From an uncultured bacterium (GTDB lineage Bacteria; Krumholzibacteriota; Krumholzibacteriia; WVZY01; JAKEHA01), in contig CAZPQK010000016.1 of NCBI GenBank assembly GCA_964588695.1, positions 95-64,094 on the forward strand: DNA of 64,000 nucleotides. Reading direction: 5' to 3'. Both the position numbers and the translations under genes were made by a program. Each line of letters starts with the position of its first letter. The first letter of the stretch is position 1. The notes under the pieces were generated by a model, which ran no database searches, was not told where the DNA came from, and saw nothing but the letters and a program-made list of their open reading frames with translations. Below are positions 17,996-29,072 of the stretch, in pieces.

Positions 17996-20900
17996 CTAGA
18001 GACTCAGGTTCAGTTCGTCGGCTAGCTTACGGGCATCGGGCACTTCGATGAAGTTCTCATCGGCGTCCCTCCACACTTCCAGAGCGATGCGAAGGTGCTT
18101 TAGTGCCGTCTCGCGATCGCCCTGCTCGTGGGCAATTTGGGCCAACCCCAGGTGGGCGGAAGGATGGAAGGGTTCCCGTTCGAGCGTCGCGTTATAATAG
18201 TTGGTCGCTTTTTCATGATGACCCAATTGGCGAGCAACCGTTCCGGCCACAAGTTGTGCAATCGTCAGCTGCCACGGCTCGGTATTGGGAACCTTTGTAA
18301 CCGCGGCATCAAATCGATCCATCGCAGCGTCAACGTCGTCGTCCCACAGTAATAAAGATCCGTACGACAAATCCACGGCCCACAACAGACCTGTGCGGCT
18401 CTTCTGAACCCACTCTTCAAAAGTGGCGAGCGCGGGGCGCATCTCTTCGGCATTTGCCGGGTCGTTCATCATACTGAACGTGATAATCCGCCCCGCGGCA
18501 ATCACTTGCTCCATCCAGCTGACGTTGTTTTGCTGCGAAAGCTGTTGCAAGAACGCCAGGTGTTCTTTGCCGCGCCCTGCATACACGTAGTAGTCCGCGC
18601 CAAACACACGGTTGATGGTTGCCTGCATTGGCGAGTTTTGCCGGGTATCTACATCAAGATAGTGCTGAAATTCGCCGAGTGCCGCCTGCGCCTTGCCCAT
18701 AAACAGGTAAAGGTTGGCCAGCGAGCGATACACTGTTGCAGAATCGCCGGGCGTGGTGGCTCCTGCCAGTGCCTCTTCCAACTGCCGTTGCGACTGCAGC
18801 AGCTTGCCTTCGCGGCGGTCCATGTCTGCGAGCGATGTAGAAAGGTAGACGCGCGTGGGGTCGGCGCTGATCGCGGTCTCGTAGTACTTACGCGCGGAGG
18901 CTAGATCACCGCGGCGCCCGCTATACTGTGCTAACCGCAAATACGACTTGTAATCGTTGGGAAAACGCTTCTCATAGCGATGCAGAAACTCCTCGGCGCG
19001 CTCGAAGTCGCCCTTCTGCTCGCACAGATAGGCCAAACTGTGCAGTTCCCCAACCCGCGCGGGGTCGAGGTCAAACAAAATAGAACGCTCGCGAATCGCG
19101 TCGTCGAACCGCCCCAACCGCTCGTAATGGTTGGCCAGAGAGTTTCGCGCCGATGCATCGCCAGGATGAAGCTTGACCCAACGCACCGCGTTCTCGAAAT
19201 CCGCGTCCTCGTCTTGCATGAACTCGTAGTAGCTATTGTACAACTCAAAGCGGCGACGCTCGGGAAGCCGATAGTTGTTTTTTACGGCATCACGAATAGC
19301 GGCGCGCGCTCGACCCGGCCGGTTGATAGATGCATACGCGTCGGACAACGACCAATACCCGTCGGCGAAAGTCGGGTCGATGTCGACCGACTGTTGCAAC
19401 TCGGCGGCGGCGGCAGCGTGATTGTTGTCCTGCCAAATCAGGTTGATGCCATTAACGTAGTGTCTAATCGCTTCGGGCTTGTCGGTGAAAATATCCGCCA
19501 CTGCCAGGTCGGGGCTGGATTCAATGTGGTACTCCGGGACACCCAGCGCGCGACGGATCGCCACCGACAGTTTGTCGGCTACGGCAAACAAGTCAGCTTC
19601 GGCGTAAGTAAACTCGCCGACCACACGTCCCGATTGGGTATCACTAAGTTTCACGCTTACGTTGTACCCGTCCCCGCTTGCCGCGGCGATAGTTGACTCA
19701 AGAAAATAGGTGTAGTGAAACTCGGACGCTGTCTTTTGCTTAAAACGCCGGGGCGCGCCGACCGGCGTGTCAAAGCCCGCGTTATTATGAGCATCGGTGA
19801 ATCCCATCCCCACCACCAGATATGGATCCTGAACCAGGTCTGCACGTAATAGCTGCAATAGGCCGTACGACATCCAGTCGTTGTCGGGGTCACCGGTTTC
19901 GTTGTCGGCGTAGAACACCGCAACACGCTTTAAGAACTCACCTTTGGGAATAGCCCGTTCGACGGTGTTACCGTTCTCGTCGACATAGGTAACAGTTGTC
20001 GTCGCCGCACCCAGGTCCTTTCCCTGGAACATCACAAACAACAACGCTGCTGCAACAGCCAGGTTCAGTGGAATTCCAAATCGCGCCGCGCTGCCTTTTG
20101 GGTCGTAACCCAACAAGAATACCGCGGGGACCAGCGCCGCCATGGCCATCACCGCGAAGTTCGGAAGGTTGGGCGAAATTGGGTATTTGCCCACGGCCCA
20201 CTTAAGCACCAACGCCACCACAATCGTGGCAACCCCGTAAATGGCGCCAGCGACCAGGGCGCGCATAGCGTTGCCAGTCGAACCTTGCGCGCGCACACGG
20301 GACGTCGCGCCAGTTACGCCGGCAAACTGCCCGGTCGCTCCCGCAGGTACGCCAACTTCGTTTTGCACGTCCGCCAATTCGGCAACAACCGCGTCCATCG
20401 ATTGGTAGCGCTGTTCGGGATCTTTGTGCATCGCCTTAGCAACCACTGCACGTAGCGATGCTGGCACGTCGTTGCGAAAAGCGTCAATCGGCTTGGGCTC
20501 TTCGTTGAGAATCGAATAAATGACCGCCTGTTCGAACCCGGCATGAAACGGCAGGCTACCGGTGAGCATTTCATAGAGCAGCACACCAAACGACCAGATA
20601 TCGGAACGGTGGTCAGAAGCTTCCCCGCGAGCTTGTTCGGGAGACATGTAGTCGACGGTTCCGAGTGATGTTCCGGCTTGTGTAATTCCCGTTTGATCAC
20701 TGCGTTTGGCAATCCCAAAGTCCATCACTTTGGCCAGACCGCGATGATCAATCATGACATTCGCACTTTTAATGTCGCGATGAATCACACCGTGGCTGTG
20801 GGCCTCACCCACGCCGCTAGCTATCTGCAACCCCAAGTTAACCGCGTTGGCGACCGGCAACTGCCCTTCGCTCAGTAAATCTTTGAGCTCCTTGCCATCG

Positions 20901-21232
20901 ATGAATGCCATCGCGATGTACGGCTGGCCGTCGACTTCGTTGATTTCGTGGATGGTGCAGATGTTGGGATGCTGAAGCTTTGCGGCCGACTGCGCTTCGT
21001 TGAGAAAACGAGCCTTGCCGTCTTCGCCGCCGAGTGCAAGCGGAAGAAACTTAAGCGCAACGGTCCGGTCAAGTTTGGTGTCCGCCGCCTTGTAAACGAC
21101 GCCCATTCCGCCCTGACCGAGCAGCGCTTGGATTTGATAGTGTGATATGGTTTTGCCGATCATGGATCGCGCTCGCCGCCGCTTGATTTTGTCTCGCGTT
21201 GGGGTAACTACCGGGGACGGTCTTCGCCCCAC
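17996..21232 (-). CDS. Serine/threonine protein kinase with transmembrane segments and a C-terminal TPR-repeat domain
   Basis: LGQGGMGVVYKA...ALKFL...HRDIKSANVMI...DFGIA...SPEQ (Hanks kinase subdomains), then hydrophobic segments, then ~600 aa of TPR-like repeats. An alternative start at 21163 (MIGKTISHY) is possible. Confidence 0.85.
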   Translation of the reverse strand: MGRRPSPVVTPTRDKIKRRRARSMIGKTISHYQIQALLGQGGMGVVYKAADTKLDRTVALKFLPLALGGEDGKARFLNEAQSAAKLQHPNICTIHEINEVDGQPYIAMAFIDGKELKDLLSEGQLPVANAVNLGLQIASGVGEAHSHGVIHRDIKSANVMIDHRGLAKVMDFGIAKRSDQTGITQAGTSLGTVDYMSPEQARGEASDHRSDIWSFGVLLYEMLTGSLPFHAGFEQAVIYSILNEEPKPIDAFRNDVPASLRAVVAKAMHKDPEQRYQSMDAVVAELADVQNEVGVPAGATGQFAGVTGATSRVRAQGSTGNAMRALVAGAIYGVATIVVALVLKWAVGKYPISPNLPNFAVMAMAALVPAVFLLGYDPKGSAARFGIPLNLAVAAALLFVMFQGKDLGAATTTVTYVDENGNTVERAIPKGEFLKRVAVFYADNETGDPDNDWMSYGLLQLLRADLVQDPYLVVGMGFTDAHNNAGFDTPVGAPRRFKQKTASEFHYTYFLESTIAAASGDGYNVSVKLSDTQSGRVVGEFTYAEADLFAVADKLSVAIRRALGVPEYHIESSPDLAVADIFTDKPEAIRHYVNGINLIWQDNNHAAAAAELQQSVDIDPTFADGYWSLSDAYASINRPGRARAAIRDAVKNNYRLPERRRFELYNSYYEFMQDEDADFENAVRWVKLHPGDASARNSLANHYERLGRFDDAIRERSILFDLDPARVGELHSLAYLCEQKGDFERAEEFLHRYEKRFPNDYKSYLRLAQYSGRRGDLASARKYYETAISADPTRVYLSTSLADMDRREGKLLQSQRQLEEALAGATTPGDSATVYRSLANLYLFMGKAQAALGEFQHYLDVDTRQNSPMQATINRVFGADYYVYAGRGKEHLAFLQQLSQQNNVSWMEQVIAAGRIITFSMMNDPANAEEMRPALATFEEWVQKSRTGLLWAVDLSYGSLLLWDDDVDAAMDRFDAAVTKVPNTEPWQLTIAQLVAGTVARQLGHHEKATNYYNATLEREPFHPSAHLGLAQIAHEQGDRETALKHLRIALEVWRDADENFIEVPDARKLADELNLSL

Positions 21233-21330
21233 TTCCCTACCATGCCGCGCCCGGAAGTCTTTGTCAAGACGCCAAATACGCTAGCGGGCGACAGAACGAC
21301 ACGCATTGTATCTACCCGTGTCGTCGCGCT

Positions 21331-22860
21331 CTATTCGACCACAGAAAACGGGTCGTCGTCTTTTAGCTCCTTCTTAAGACGTTTAATTTCGGCTTTGAGT
21401 TTCACAACAATGTCGGAATATGCAGGGTCTTCGTACACATTGTTTAGCTCGTTCGGATCCTTAACCAAATCGAACAACTCCCAACTTCCCACGCGATACA
21501 GGTACATCAACTTGTGGGTATCGGTGACAACCCCCAGGTGGTGAGGTACGTTGTACTGTGTTTCTCCAAAGTACTTGTAATAGAAGCTGTTGCGCCACTT
21601 CTTTACCTGCCCGCCACGAAGAATTGGCATCAAGTTTTCGCCCTGCATTTCACTGGGAACCCCGACACCTGCGGCGGCCAGCAGGGTCGGTGCAAAGTCT
21701 ACGTTCGAGACCATCAGGTCAGATTCCGTCCCGGCCGGAACCACCGCTGGCCAGCGGACAATAAACGGAACCTGCAGCGCTTCCTGGTAGATCCAGCGTT
21801 TGTCAAAGAAACCGTGGTCGCCTAGAAACAACCCCTGATCGGACGTGTATACGACAATCGTATTGTCGGCCAGGCCTTCGTCATCGAGATACTTAAGAAC
21901 CCGCTCGAGGTTTTCATCGATGCCGTCAACGCATCGCAAATAGTCTTTAATAAATCGCTGATACTTCCAACTCACCAACTGCTTGCCGCTAAGGCTGGTG
22001 GCTTGCTCGTTTTCGGCGTCGTACGCCCGCCGCCATTGCGTTTCCTGATTGCCTACCAGAAACATCGGAGCGTTCATCTTGAGGTCATTCGCGTTCATAT
22101 CCCTTTCGATTCGCATACGCGGACTGGCCCAGCCCCAGCCTCGACCCTCGCCGTTATCAAAAAGGGTTTCCGGTTCGGGAATCGTGACGTCTGCGTAGTT
22201 GCGCAAATGTCGTAGCGCCGGACGCCACGGTCTATGCGGAGCTTTGTGATGATAAAACAGCATGAACGGTTTCTGCGGGTCGCGCAGCTCGCGCAACCAT
22301 CGAAGCGCCTCGTTGGTAATCACGTCGGTGACATAACCGGGATGTTCCACTACCGTACCGTTGTGAACCAGTTTGGGGCGGTAGTATTCCCCTTGCTGCG
22401 GAATGATCGCGTAGTAGTTGAACCCCTTGCCGTCGGGCGTAAATGAGAGGTGCCATTTGCCCACCACCGCGGTGTCATAACCGGCGTCCTGTAGTAATTT
22501 CGGCAGAAACTTCCACTCATTTAAAGTAACACCGGCATTTAGTCCGTAACCGGTGCGATGCGGATAAACGCCAGTTAAAATGGTCGCGCGCGAAGGACCG
22601 CAAATCGCGTTGGTAACATAACAACGCTTAAACAACATTCCTTCCAGGGCCAAACGGTCGATGTTGGGCGTTTTATTAATCTTGGAACCGTAGGCGCTGA
22701 TCGCGTGGCTGGCGTGATCATCCGCCATAATGAACAAGATGTTGGGGCGCGGCGCGTTCTTACTGGCGGCAAGAACTTCTGCCGGCTGGATGGATACCAA
22801 GGCAACGACGATCGCCACTACCCGAACACCGCAAGCGCGTATTGAGTGAGCATATTTCAT
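21331..22860 (-). CDS. Sulfatase (arylsulfatase A family)
   Basis: Signal peptide. LFIMADDHASHA...CGPSRATILTG is the formylglycine C-x-P-x-R motif and metal-binding N-terminal region. Confidence 0.9.
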   Translation of the reverse strand: MKYAHSIRACGVRVVAIVVALVSIQPAEVLAASKNAPRPNILFIMADDHASHAISAYGSKINKTPNIDRLALEGMLFKRCYVTNAICGPSRATILTGVYPHRTGYGLNAGVTLNEWKFLPKLLQDAGYDTAVVGKWHLSFTPDGKGFNYYAIIPQQGEYYRPKLVHNGTVVEHPGYVTDVITNEALRWLRELRDPQKPFMLFYHHKAPHRPWRPALRHLRNYADVTIPEPETLFDNGEGRGWGWASPRMRIERDMNANDLKMNAPMFLVGNQETQWRRAYDAENEQATSLSGKQLVSWKYQRFIKDYLRCVDGIDENLERVLKYLDDEGLADNTIVVYTSDQGLFLGDHGFFDKRWIYQEALQVPFIVRWPAVVPAGTESDLMVSNVDFAPTLLAAAGVGVPSEMQGENLMPILRGGQVKKWRNSFYYKYFGETQYNVPHHLGVVTDTHKLMYLYRVGSWELFDLVKDPNELNNVYEDPAYSDIVVKLKAEIKRLKKELKDDDPFSVVE

Positions 22861-22861
22861 T

Positions 22862-24430
22862 CTAGTTCGATTCCTCCCATGTGCCCGCCGTCCAGGTTAG
22901 CAAACGGACAAAGTACCGTTGCCAGACGCCAGGCTCGGCGACGTCGGCACGACCGTTCAACGCCATTCCGTCGTTCTCTACCGACGACAGCAAAATGACT
23001 CTCCGCATTTCTCCAAACAAGTCCAGCATCGGACTGCCCTTTACATCAACGCCCGGCACCAGACTAGCATCCGCAGGAAGTTTCTCTAAGTCCCAATACA
23101 TCGCACTGCCCATCGGGTCGAACACGGCGTCGGTAACGGCGGGCTCATCGATACGATCCAACAACGTCGGTCCACCTCCAGTCACGATCGCCGCGTAGCG
23201 TTCGCGCGATGTACTAATAACAAAATGGTTGTCGATCAGCCCCACGCAAACTTCGCCGACAAACGGTAGCGCCGCCGAATATGCTTCCAGTTGCCCAACC
23301 GGAGTCGGAGAAAAACCCAGATCGGTTCCAATTGGTCCCGCAAACAGACTCTCCAGCGTTTTGTCGAAACGATTCGCGTCGCGAACCTGCATGTACAAGA
23401 CTATGTCGGGATTGGGAAAGATTCGGTTGATTAGCAAACCAACGTTGCCAGAGACCTCATAGAAAATGTCCTCGACCGGATCGATACCCCACTCGTCCCG
23501 GAAATCAGACGAGCGGTCGGAAAACGTTGCGAATCGATCGAAGCCAGCGAGGAATTCCCATAATGATTTGCCGTCCAGCGATAGCATCAGCGCCATCGCT
23601 GCATCGACGCGCAATCGATCGTAAAACGTGGACCCGCGCAGAGCTTCTCCGGTCCATCGTCGCAGCGGCGATGATTCCGCCAGATGAGTGAACCCGTTCC
23701 ACTCAACGTTCTCGCCGGTCATCGCCCCCCTAATGAGCGTTCCCTCCATACCAAATCGGTTCATCATGTCGAGGATTCCAGCGCGCGCTTCTTGCGGAAC
23801 CCCCTGATCTATGAAGGCGGCCGTCGGCGACAAGTACAGCCAAAAGTCATCGCCGCGCGTACGTCGCTCCAGGCGCCTGAATTCCTTCGACTTTTGGAGT
23901 TGCTTGCGCGCCAGTTGGTGCTGGTATGCGGCCAGGGCGGGAACATCGACACCGGTCGAATCGGAAATAAGGAACCAGTACATGTAGCCGTCGTCATGAT
24001 AGAGCACCGCCGAATCGGCGACGTAAGCGTCGCCAAGACCGTTGATACGCTGCTCGCGAAGCTCGCCGGACGCTGCCACAAGGTTGGTTAGCGCGGCCCT
24101 TTTAGCCGCCAGGCACAACGTAATCGTGCCGAAACCATCGTTCATGCTGTACATCGCCAACGGCTTGTTCGTGCGAAACCCAAACGCCTTAACCGCGGCC
24201 TTGTCGAACAGGTCAACACCGAACAGCTTGCGCATTTCGTCGCCCGCCTGCTTGGCATCCTCCGAGCGGCTAGTTCGGGCATCGGCCACACCAAACAGTT
24301 CGTGAAACCGATCGTAGCTTTCGAACCGAATGGCCCATTCGGCTTCTACCGGAACACTTTGCGCTAACGCGTTAATCGGCGTTAGCAACACTGTTGCTGT
24401 AAACAAAAACCGCACAAACCGATTCAACAT
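22862..24430 (-). CDS. Hypothetical secreted protein (~520 aa)
   Basis: Start trimmed to MLNRFVRFLFTATVLLTPINALAQ (signal peptide). No confident family assignment. Confidence 0.5.
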   Translation of the reverse strand: MLNRFVRFLFTATVLLTPINALAQSVPVEAEWAIRFESYDRFHELFGVADARTSRSEDAKQAGDEMRKLFGVDLFDKAAVKAFGFRTNKPLAMYSMNDGFGTITLCLAAKRAALTNLVAASGELREQRINGLGDAYVADSAVLYHDDGYMYWFLISDSTGVDVPALAAYQHQLARKQLQKSKEFRRLERRTRGDDFWLYLSPTAAFIDQGVPQEARAGILDMMNRFGMEGTLIRGAMTGENVEWNGFTHLAESSPLRRWTGEALRGSTFYDRLRVDAAMALMLSLDGKSLWEFLAGFDRFATFSDRSSDFRDEWGIDPVEDIFYEVSGNVGLLINRIFPNPDIVLYMQVRDANRFDKTLESLFAGPIGTDLGFSPTPVGQLEAYSAALPFVGEVCVGLIDNHFVISTSRERYAAIVTGGGPTLLDRIDEPAVTDAVFDPMGSAMYWDLEKLPADASLVPGVDVKGSPMLDLFGEMRRVILLSSVENDGMALNGRADVAEPGVWQRYFVRLLTWTAGTWEESN

Positions 24431-24527
24431 AGTGGGCCCTCTGAGGTATCGACGAAACTCCAGAAGAATGTAGGACACGCCGCGGGGCGTGTCCAGTCAG
24501 GCGATCTTTAAGGTGTGTAAAGAGGAG

Positions 24528-25766
24528 TTAGCGGTAGACGCGTTTGCCACCGTAGCGGCCACGGCCAAAGCGACGCTTACCGCGCGACTTTGACGGGGTG
24601 GACATGTTTTTCCACAGCGATGCGATGGCGGGGCTGTGGAACTCGTGGTCGGTCTCGGGCACCAACGCGTCTTTGGTGAGGCGTTCGATTCCCAAAAGCA
24701 TGGTGAGTTCGTGGGCGTCGCAGAACGAAATTGCGGTACCAGACGCACCGGCGCGAGCGGTTCGTCCTATACGGTGCACATAAGCTTCTGCCTCGCTGGG
24801 TAGTTCGAAGTTAATTACATGAGTAATACCGTCGACATCAATTCCCCGCGCCACGACATCGGTTCCCACCAACACTCGAGTCTTTCCCTGATCGAAAGCC
24901 GACAGCGCTTTCTGCCGCATGACTTGTTGTTTGTCGCCGTGTATGACACCCACCGAAATACCTTCGTTACGCAGAATCGTTTTAACGAACTCTGCGCGAT
25001 GCTTGGTACGGGTAAACACCAACGCTCGAGAAATCGCGTCGTCTTCGAAAATCTTTACCAGCAACTTGCGCTTGTCGGTGGCGTTTACAAAGTAAACCTT
25101 CTGTTCAATGTCGGTCGATATGGACGCCGGCGGCGAAACTTCGACTCGCGCGGGAGACACCAACATTCCCGAAGCCAGGCGCATAACTGCCTGCGACAAT
25201 GTCGCGGAGAACAGCAGCGTTTGTCGCGACTCCGGCAACTTGCCAACAATCTTTTTGACATCGGGATAAAACCCCATGTCCAACATGCGGTCGGCTTCGT
25301 CCAGCACCAATGTCTCTACCTGCCCAAGCGCGATGTGTCCCTGTTCGAACAGGTCCAGCAACCGTCCCGGCGTGGCGACAACAATCTTGGGCTTGCGTTT
25401 GAGCATCCGCAGTTGCTTGTGCTGGGGAACGCCACCAAGGATTACCGCCGTGGGCATTTCGATAAAGTGGCTGTAGGATTTGATATTCTCGTCGATCTGG
25501 AGAGCAAGTTCGCGGGTCGGGGTCAGAATCAAAGCCCTGATCTGCCCCGGTTTGTCCGGTCTATTGGCTTCCAACCGCTCCAAGATCGGCAGTGCGAACG
25601 CTGCCGTTTTCCCGGTACCGGTTTGGGCCGTCGCCAGCAAATCGCGTCCCTCAAGAACATGCGGTATGGCCTGGGCCTGCACGTCCGTTGGGGTCTCATA
25701 ACCCTCCCGCTCGAGCGCCCGCAGAATGTGGCGATTGGCAAGGAGGTCGGAAAATGAAACAGACAT
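24528..25766 (-). CDS. DEAD-box ATP-dependent RNA helicase (RhlE-like)
   Basis: Q motif (TPTDVQAQAIP), AQTGTGKTAAF (motif I), DEAD, SAT and HRIGRTARAG motifs. Confidence 0.9.
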   Translation of the reverse strand: MSVSFSDLLANRHILRALEREGYETPTDVQAQAIPHVLEGRDLLATAQTGTGKTAAFALPILERLEANRPDKPGQIRALILTPTRELALQIDENIKSYSHFIEMPTAVILGGVPQHKQLRMLKRKPKIVVATPGRLLDLFEQGHIALGQVETLVLDEADRMLDMGFYPDVKKIVGKLPESRQTLLFSATLSQAVMRLASGMLVSPARVEVSPPASISTDIEQKVYFVNATDKRKLLVKIFEDDAISRALVFTRTKHRAEFVKTILRNEGISVGVIHGDKQQVMRQKALSAFDQGKTRVLVGTDVVARGIDVDGITHVINFELPSEAEAYVHRIGRTARAGASGTAISFCDAHELTMLLGIERLTKDALVPETDHEFHSPAIASLWKNMSTPSKSRGKRRFGRGRYGGKRVYR

Positions 25767-25961
25767 ATGATCCTTAATTAAATGGACTTATCCCCTGGGG
25801 CCGCGTTGGCGGCTGATCGCGATTTCTTCACAAAACGACTGAAAATGGCAAGCAGAAACGAGGCGACGTCGGGGATTTGATATGGTAGCTGGCGTAAGTA
25901 TACTATTTTTTAGGCATCTACGCAACTAGCCTTAGTGGCCTGACGCGGCCGCCGCGGGAGG

Positions 25962-26444
25962 CTAGGCGCCGGCGTTCGGATCGGTGGAAGACTCCAGGCG
26001 ACGAGCGGCTCGCGAGAGCAAGGCCGAAGAGGACGGCACACCCCCGACAGCGAGCACGCCCTCATCAATATCGTCGACGATCGAGCAGACCCCGCCCAGG
26101 CCAAACAACTCCAACTGCGAACGGGTCAACTGCCGACGCGACTTCGACTCGCCGCCCGGTGCGGCGACAATCGCCACCCTGACGTCGTCGGCAAGCACAT
26201 TCAGAAACGGGCGCAGCAGCAGGTTCGCGCTCTTGGAGAACGCGTATTCCGCCTCGGAGACGTCGGCGACAATGCGCTTTTTGCCGGTGTTCACGAGGTC
26301 CTCCAGCTGACCGGTAATCGTTTGCGTAGTATCAATATCGACCTGCTCGAAACCCAGAAATCCCTGGAGGTGAACCACCACGGTACCGTTGAGGGTTTCA
26401 AACCGCGCCCTAAGCGCCGTTCTGTGCTGTACGATTTTGCTCAT
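25962..26444 (-). CDS. Possible STAS-domain protein (anti-sigma-factor-antagonist-like)
   Basis: Start at MSKIV (26444) with AGGAAGTGAG RBS. Central ...ITGQLEDLVNTGKKRIVADVSEAEYAFSKSANLLL... is weakly STAS-like. Low confidence. Confidence 0.35.
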   Translation of the reverse strand: MSKIVQHRTALRARFETLNGTVVVHLQGFLGFEQVDIDTTQTITGQLEDLVNTGKKRIVADVSEAEYAFSKSANLLLRPFLNVLADDVRVAIVAAPGGESKSRRQLTRSQLELFGLGGVCSIVDDIDEGVLAVGGVPSSSALLSRAARRLESSTDPNAGA

Positions 26445-26686
26445 CTCACTTCCTGCCCTTTTCGCGCTGCGGGCGACGACTGCCCGCAAATACATTCCTT
26501 ACTCTCACTACGACGTACCTGGCACCCGACGGAAAGTTGGTGGATATTTCATGAAATTGCGCGTCCGGACTGCCGACGCCAGATTGGGCAGGTTAAAAAA
26601 ACGCCGCTCGGTTGCCGAACCCGGATGCCGGGTGTAGAATCGGCACGATTTGACTGGGCGGCAACCTTCTCCGGGAGCTTCACACT

Positions 26687-29062
26687 GTGCGACGTGTTTT
26701 ATTTTCTTTCCTGGTTTCCGTACTAATTATTGGCGCCGTAGGGTCCAACGCGCAAAGGCCGGTAACGATCGGAATCGTGGTAGACGGGCCCTGGGATGAA
26801 AACGCGACTATTCGCCAACTGTTCATTAGCGAGATCGAAGAAATTCTGGCCGGCGAATTCACGCCCACGTTCACGGCAACCAGAACCGGGTCCTGGACGA
26901 TCGAGTCGGTTCGGGCCGCAACCGACGAGTTGCTGGCCGACCGGTCGGTTGATCTCGTACTTACGTTGGGCCCGCTAGCGACTCACGACGTTTGTCAACG
27001 CGGGGCTTTGCCCAAACCGGTTATCGCTCCGGTGGCCATAGACGCAGATCTCCAGGGGCTTCCACGAAAGAACGGCGCGAGCGGTGTCGACAACCTCAAC
27101 TACACGGTCTTTCCCAACAATATCGTCGCCGACCTGAAGACGTTTCGAGAAATCGTTTCATTCGACCGGGTGACGCTGTTAATCAACAAGAAGATTCGCG
27201 ACGCGATTCCTAACATCGATCGCGAATTCGAGCGTATTGTCGCCGAAATGCCGGTAACGCCAACAGTATTCTCGGTTGGAGACTCGGTCGACGAAGCTCT
27301 AAACGCGATTCCAGACGATTGCCAGGCGGTGTACCTGGGACCTCTTATTCACCTTCCCGCCGCTGACTTCGACAAACTTGTTGCCGAACTGAACCGGCGC
27401 AAACTTCCCACGTTCTCGTTGTTAGGACGGTTAGAAGTCGAACGCGGAGTACTCGCCGGTGCTAGCAACGACATCTTTCCGCGTCTGGCCCGCCGAGTCG
27501 CTATAAACGTCCAACGAATTCTGCTGGGCGAGAACGCATCCACACTACCCACAGTGTTCGCGGCCGAAAAAGGACTGCTAATTAACATGAGTACTGCACG
27601 GTTGATTAACGTCTACCCCAACTGGGGTGTGATCACCGAAGCTGAACTGCTGAACGATCGAGCGCGAAACATCGATCGAGTTCTCACCATGGAGCAAGCC
27701 GTTGACGAAGCGTTGGCCGCAAACCTCGACCTGGCCGCACGTGAATTGGAAGTAGTTGCAGGCCGGCAAGATGTGGCCGCGGCGCGCGCCAACCTATTGC
27801 CTAACGTCGACCTGTCGCTGTTGGGCGTTCAAATCGACAAGGACCGGGCCGAAGGTAGCCTGGGTCAGCAAGCCGAACGCGAGTTGTCGGGCTCAGCAAC
27901 TTTTCGCCAGGTTATTTTCTCCGAACCCGCGATGGCCAACCTGACGATCAATCGCCACTTGCAAAACAATCGCGAGTTCTTGCGCGACGCACTAGCGTTT
28001 GACATTGCCGAACTCGCGGCGCGTGGATACTTGAACGTGCTTCGCGCCAATGCGGTCGAACGGATACAGCAAGAAAACCTCAAGCGTACCCGCTCAAACC
28101 TTGACCTTGCCCGAGTCCGCGCTTCTATCGGGACAGCGCGGTCGGCCGAGATTCTTCGCTGGGAAAGCGAGGTTGCCAATAACCGCATTCGTGTCATAGA
28201 CGCCAACGCGCAACGCAACGTCGCTGAAATTGCGTTAAACCAACTTTTAAACCGACCGTCGGAAGAACCCTTCCGTGCCCAGGAAGAAACTCTCGCCAAT
28301 CCGTCGCTACTGTTTACCCAGGATCGGATAGCGCAGTACATGAATAACCCGTGGGACTTCCGAACCCTTCGTGGATTTATGGTGGCGTACGGACTCCGCG
28401 AGACACCAGAGATTAAGGCCTTGAGCGAAGCGATTGCAGCGCAGCGTCGCGGATTGGATTCTTCCGGGCGCTCCTTCTGGCTTCCCGAACTAGGCCTCGA
28501 GGCGGGAGTGACAAACGTGTTCGCCCGTGACGGCGCCGGATCTGACATCGACACTTCGCAGTTTCCCTTTAGCCTGATCGGTGAGCCCAAAGACCTATCC
28601 TGGCAGGTCGGCGTTAGCGCAACCTATTCGTTGTTCGAAGGCGGAGCAAAGATCGCCGCCCGTCGGCAGGCAGCCACAGAGCTTTTGCAATTGCGCACAG
28701 AACTCGACTCGGTTCGCCAGAAGGTCGAGCAACGCGTTCGCTCGGCTTTTCACCAGGCGGGCGCATCCTACGCCGGCATCCAGCAGTCCCGCATCGCTGC
28801 CGATGCGGCGCGTCAATCGTTGGATCTTGTTGAAGACGCCTACTCGAGCGGTGCGGCGACTATTCTCGACCTGCTCGATGCACAGAACAATGCACTGGTA
28901 GCGGACGAGGTAGCGGCCAACGCCGTGTATGACTTTCTGGTAGATCTTATCGCCGCCCAACGTGCGGCTGGCTTGATGGTGATTCAGATGGATGAGACCG
29001 AACGAAGTTCGTTCTTCCAGGAGCTCGACGCATTTTTTGCGTCGTCGCAAAACAATAATTAA
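26687..29062 (+). CDS. TolC-family outer-membrane efflux protein with an N-terminal ~300-aa periplasmic substrate-binding-protein-like domain (GTG start)
   Basis: Signal peptide MRRVLFSFLVSVLIIGAVGSNAQ. Residues ~30-330 resemble the ABC_sub_bind fold. The C-terminal 450 aa contain two OEP repeats (…LAAQRRGLD…, …LVEDAYSSGAATILDLLDAQN…). Confidence 0.75.
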   Translation: MRRVLFSFLVSVLIIGAVGSNAQRPVTIGIVVDGPWDENATIRQLFISEIEEILAGEFTPTFTATRTGSWTIESVRAATDELLADRSVDLVLTLGPLATHDVCQRGALPKPVIAPVAIDADLQGLPRKNGASGVDNLNYTVFPNNIVADLKTFREIVSFDRVTLLINKKIRDAIPNIDREFERIVAEMPVTPTVFSVGDSVDEALNAIPDDCQAVYLGPLIHLPAADFDKLVAELNRRKLPTFSLLGRLEVERGVLAGASNDIFPRLARRVAINVQRILLGENASTLPTVFAAEKGLLINMSTARLINVYPNWGVITEAELLNDRARNIDRVLTMEQAVDEALAANLDLAARELEVVAGRQDVAAARANLLPNVDLSLLGVQIDKDRAEGSLGQQAERELSGSATFRQVIFSEPAMANLTINRHLQNNREFLRDALAFDIAELAARGYLNVLRANAVERIQQENLKRTRSNLDLARVRASIGTARSAEILRWESEVANNRIRVIDANAQRNVAEIALNQLLNRPSEEPFRAQEETLANPSLLFTQDRIAQYMNNPWDFRTLRGFMVAYGLRETPEIKALSEAIAAQRRGLDSSGRSFWLPELGLEAGVTNVFARDGAGSDIDTSQFPFSLIGEPKDLSWQVGVSATYSLFEGGAKIAARRQAATELLQLRTELDSVRQKVEQRVRSAFHQAGASYAGIQQSRIAADAARQSLDLVEDAYSSGAATILDLLDAQNNALVADEVAANAVYDFLVDLIAAQRAAGLMVIQMDETERSSFFQELDAFFASSQNNN

Positions 29063-29072
29063 GGGAGTGGTC

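Noticed and set aside
24819-25757. 312-aa plus-strand ORF antisense to the DEAD-box helicase
   Set aside because: Arg-rich nonsense translation. The helicase on the other strand has all conserved motifs.
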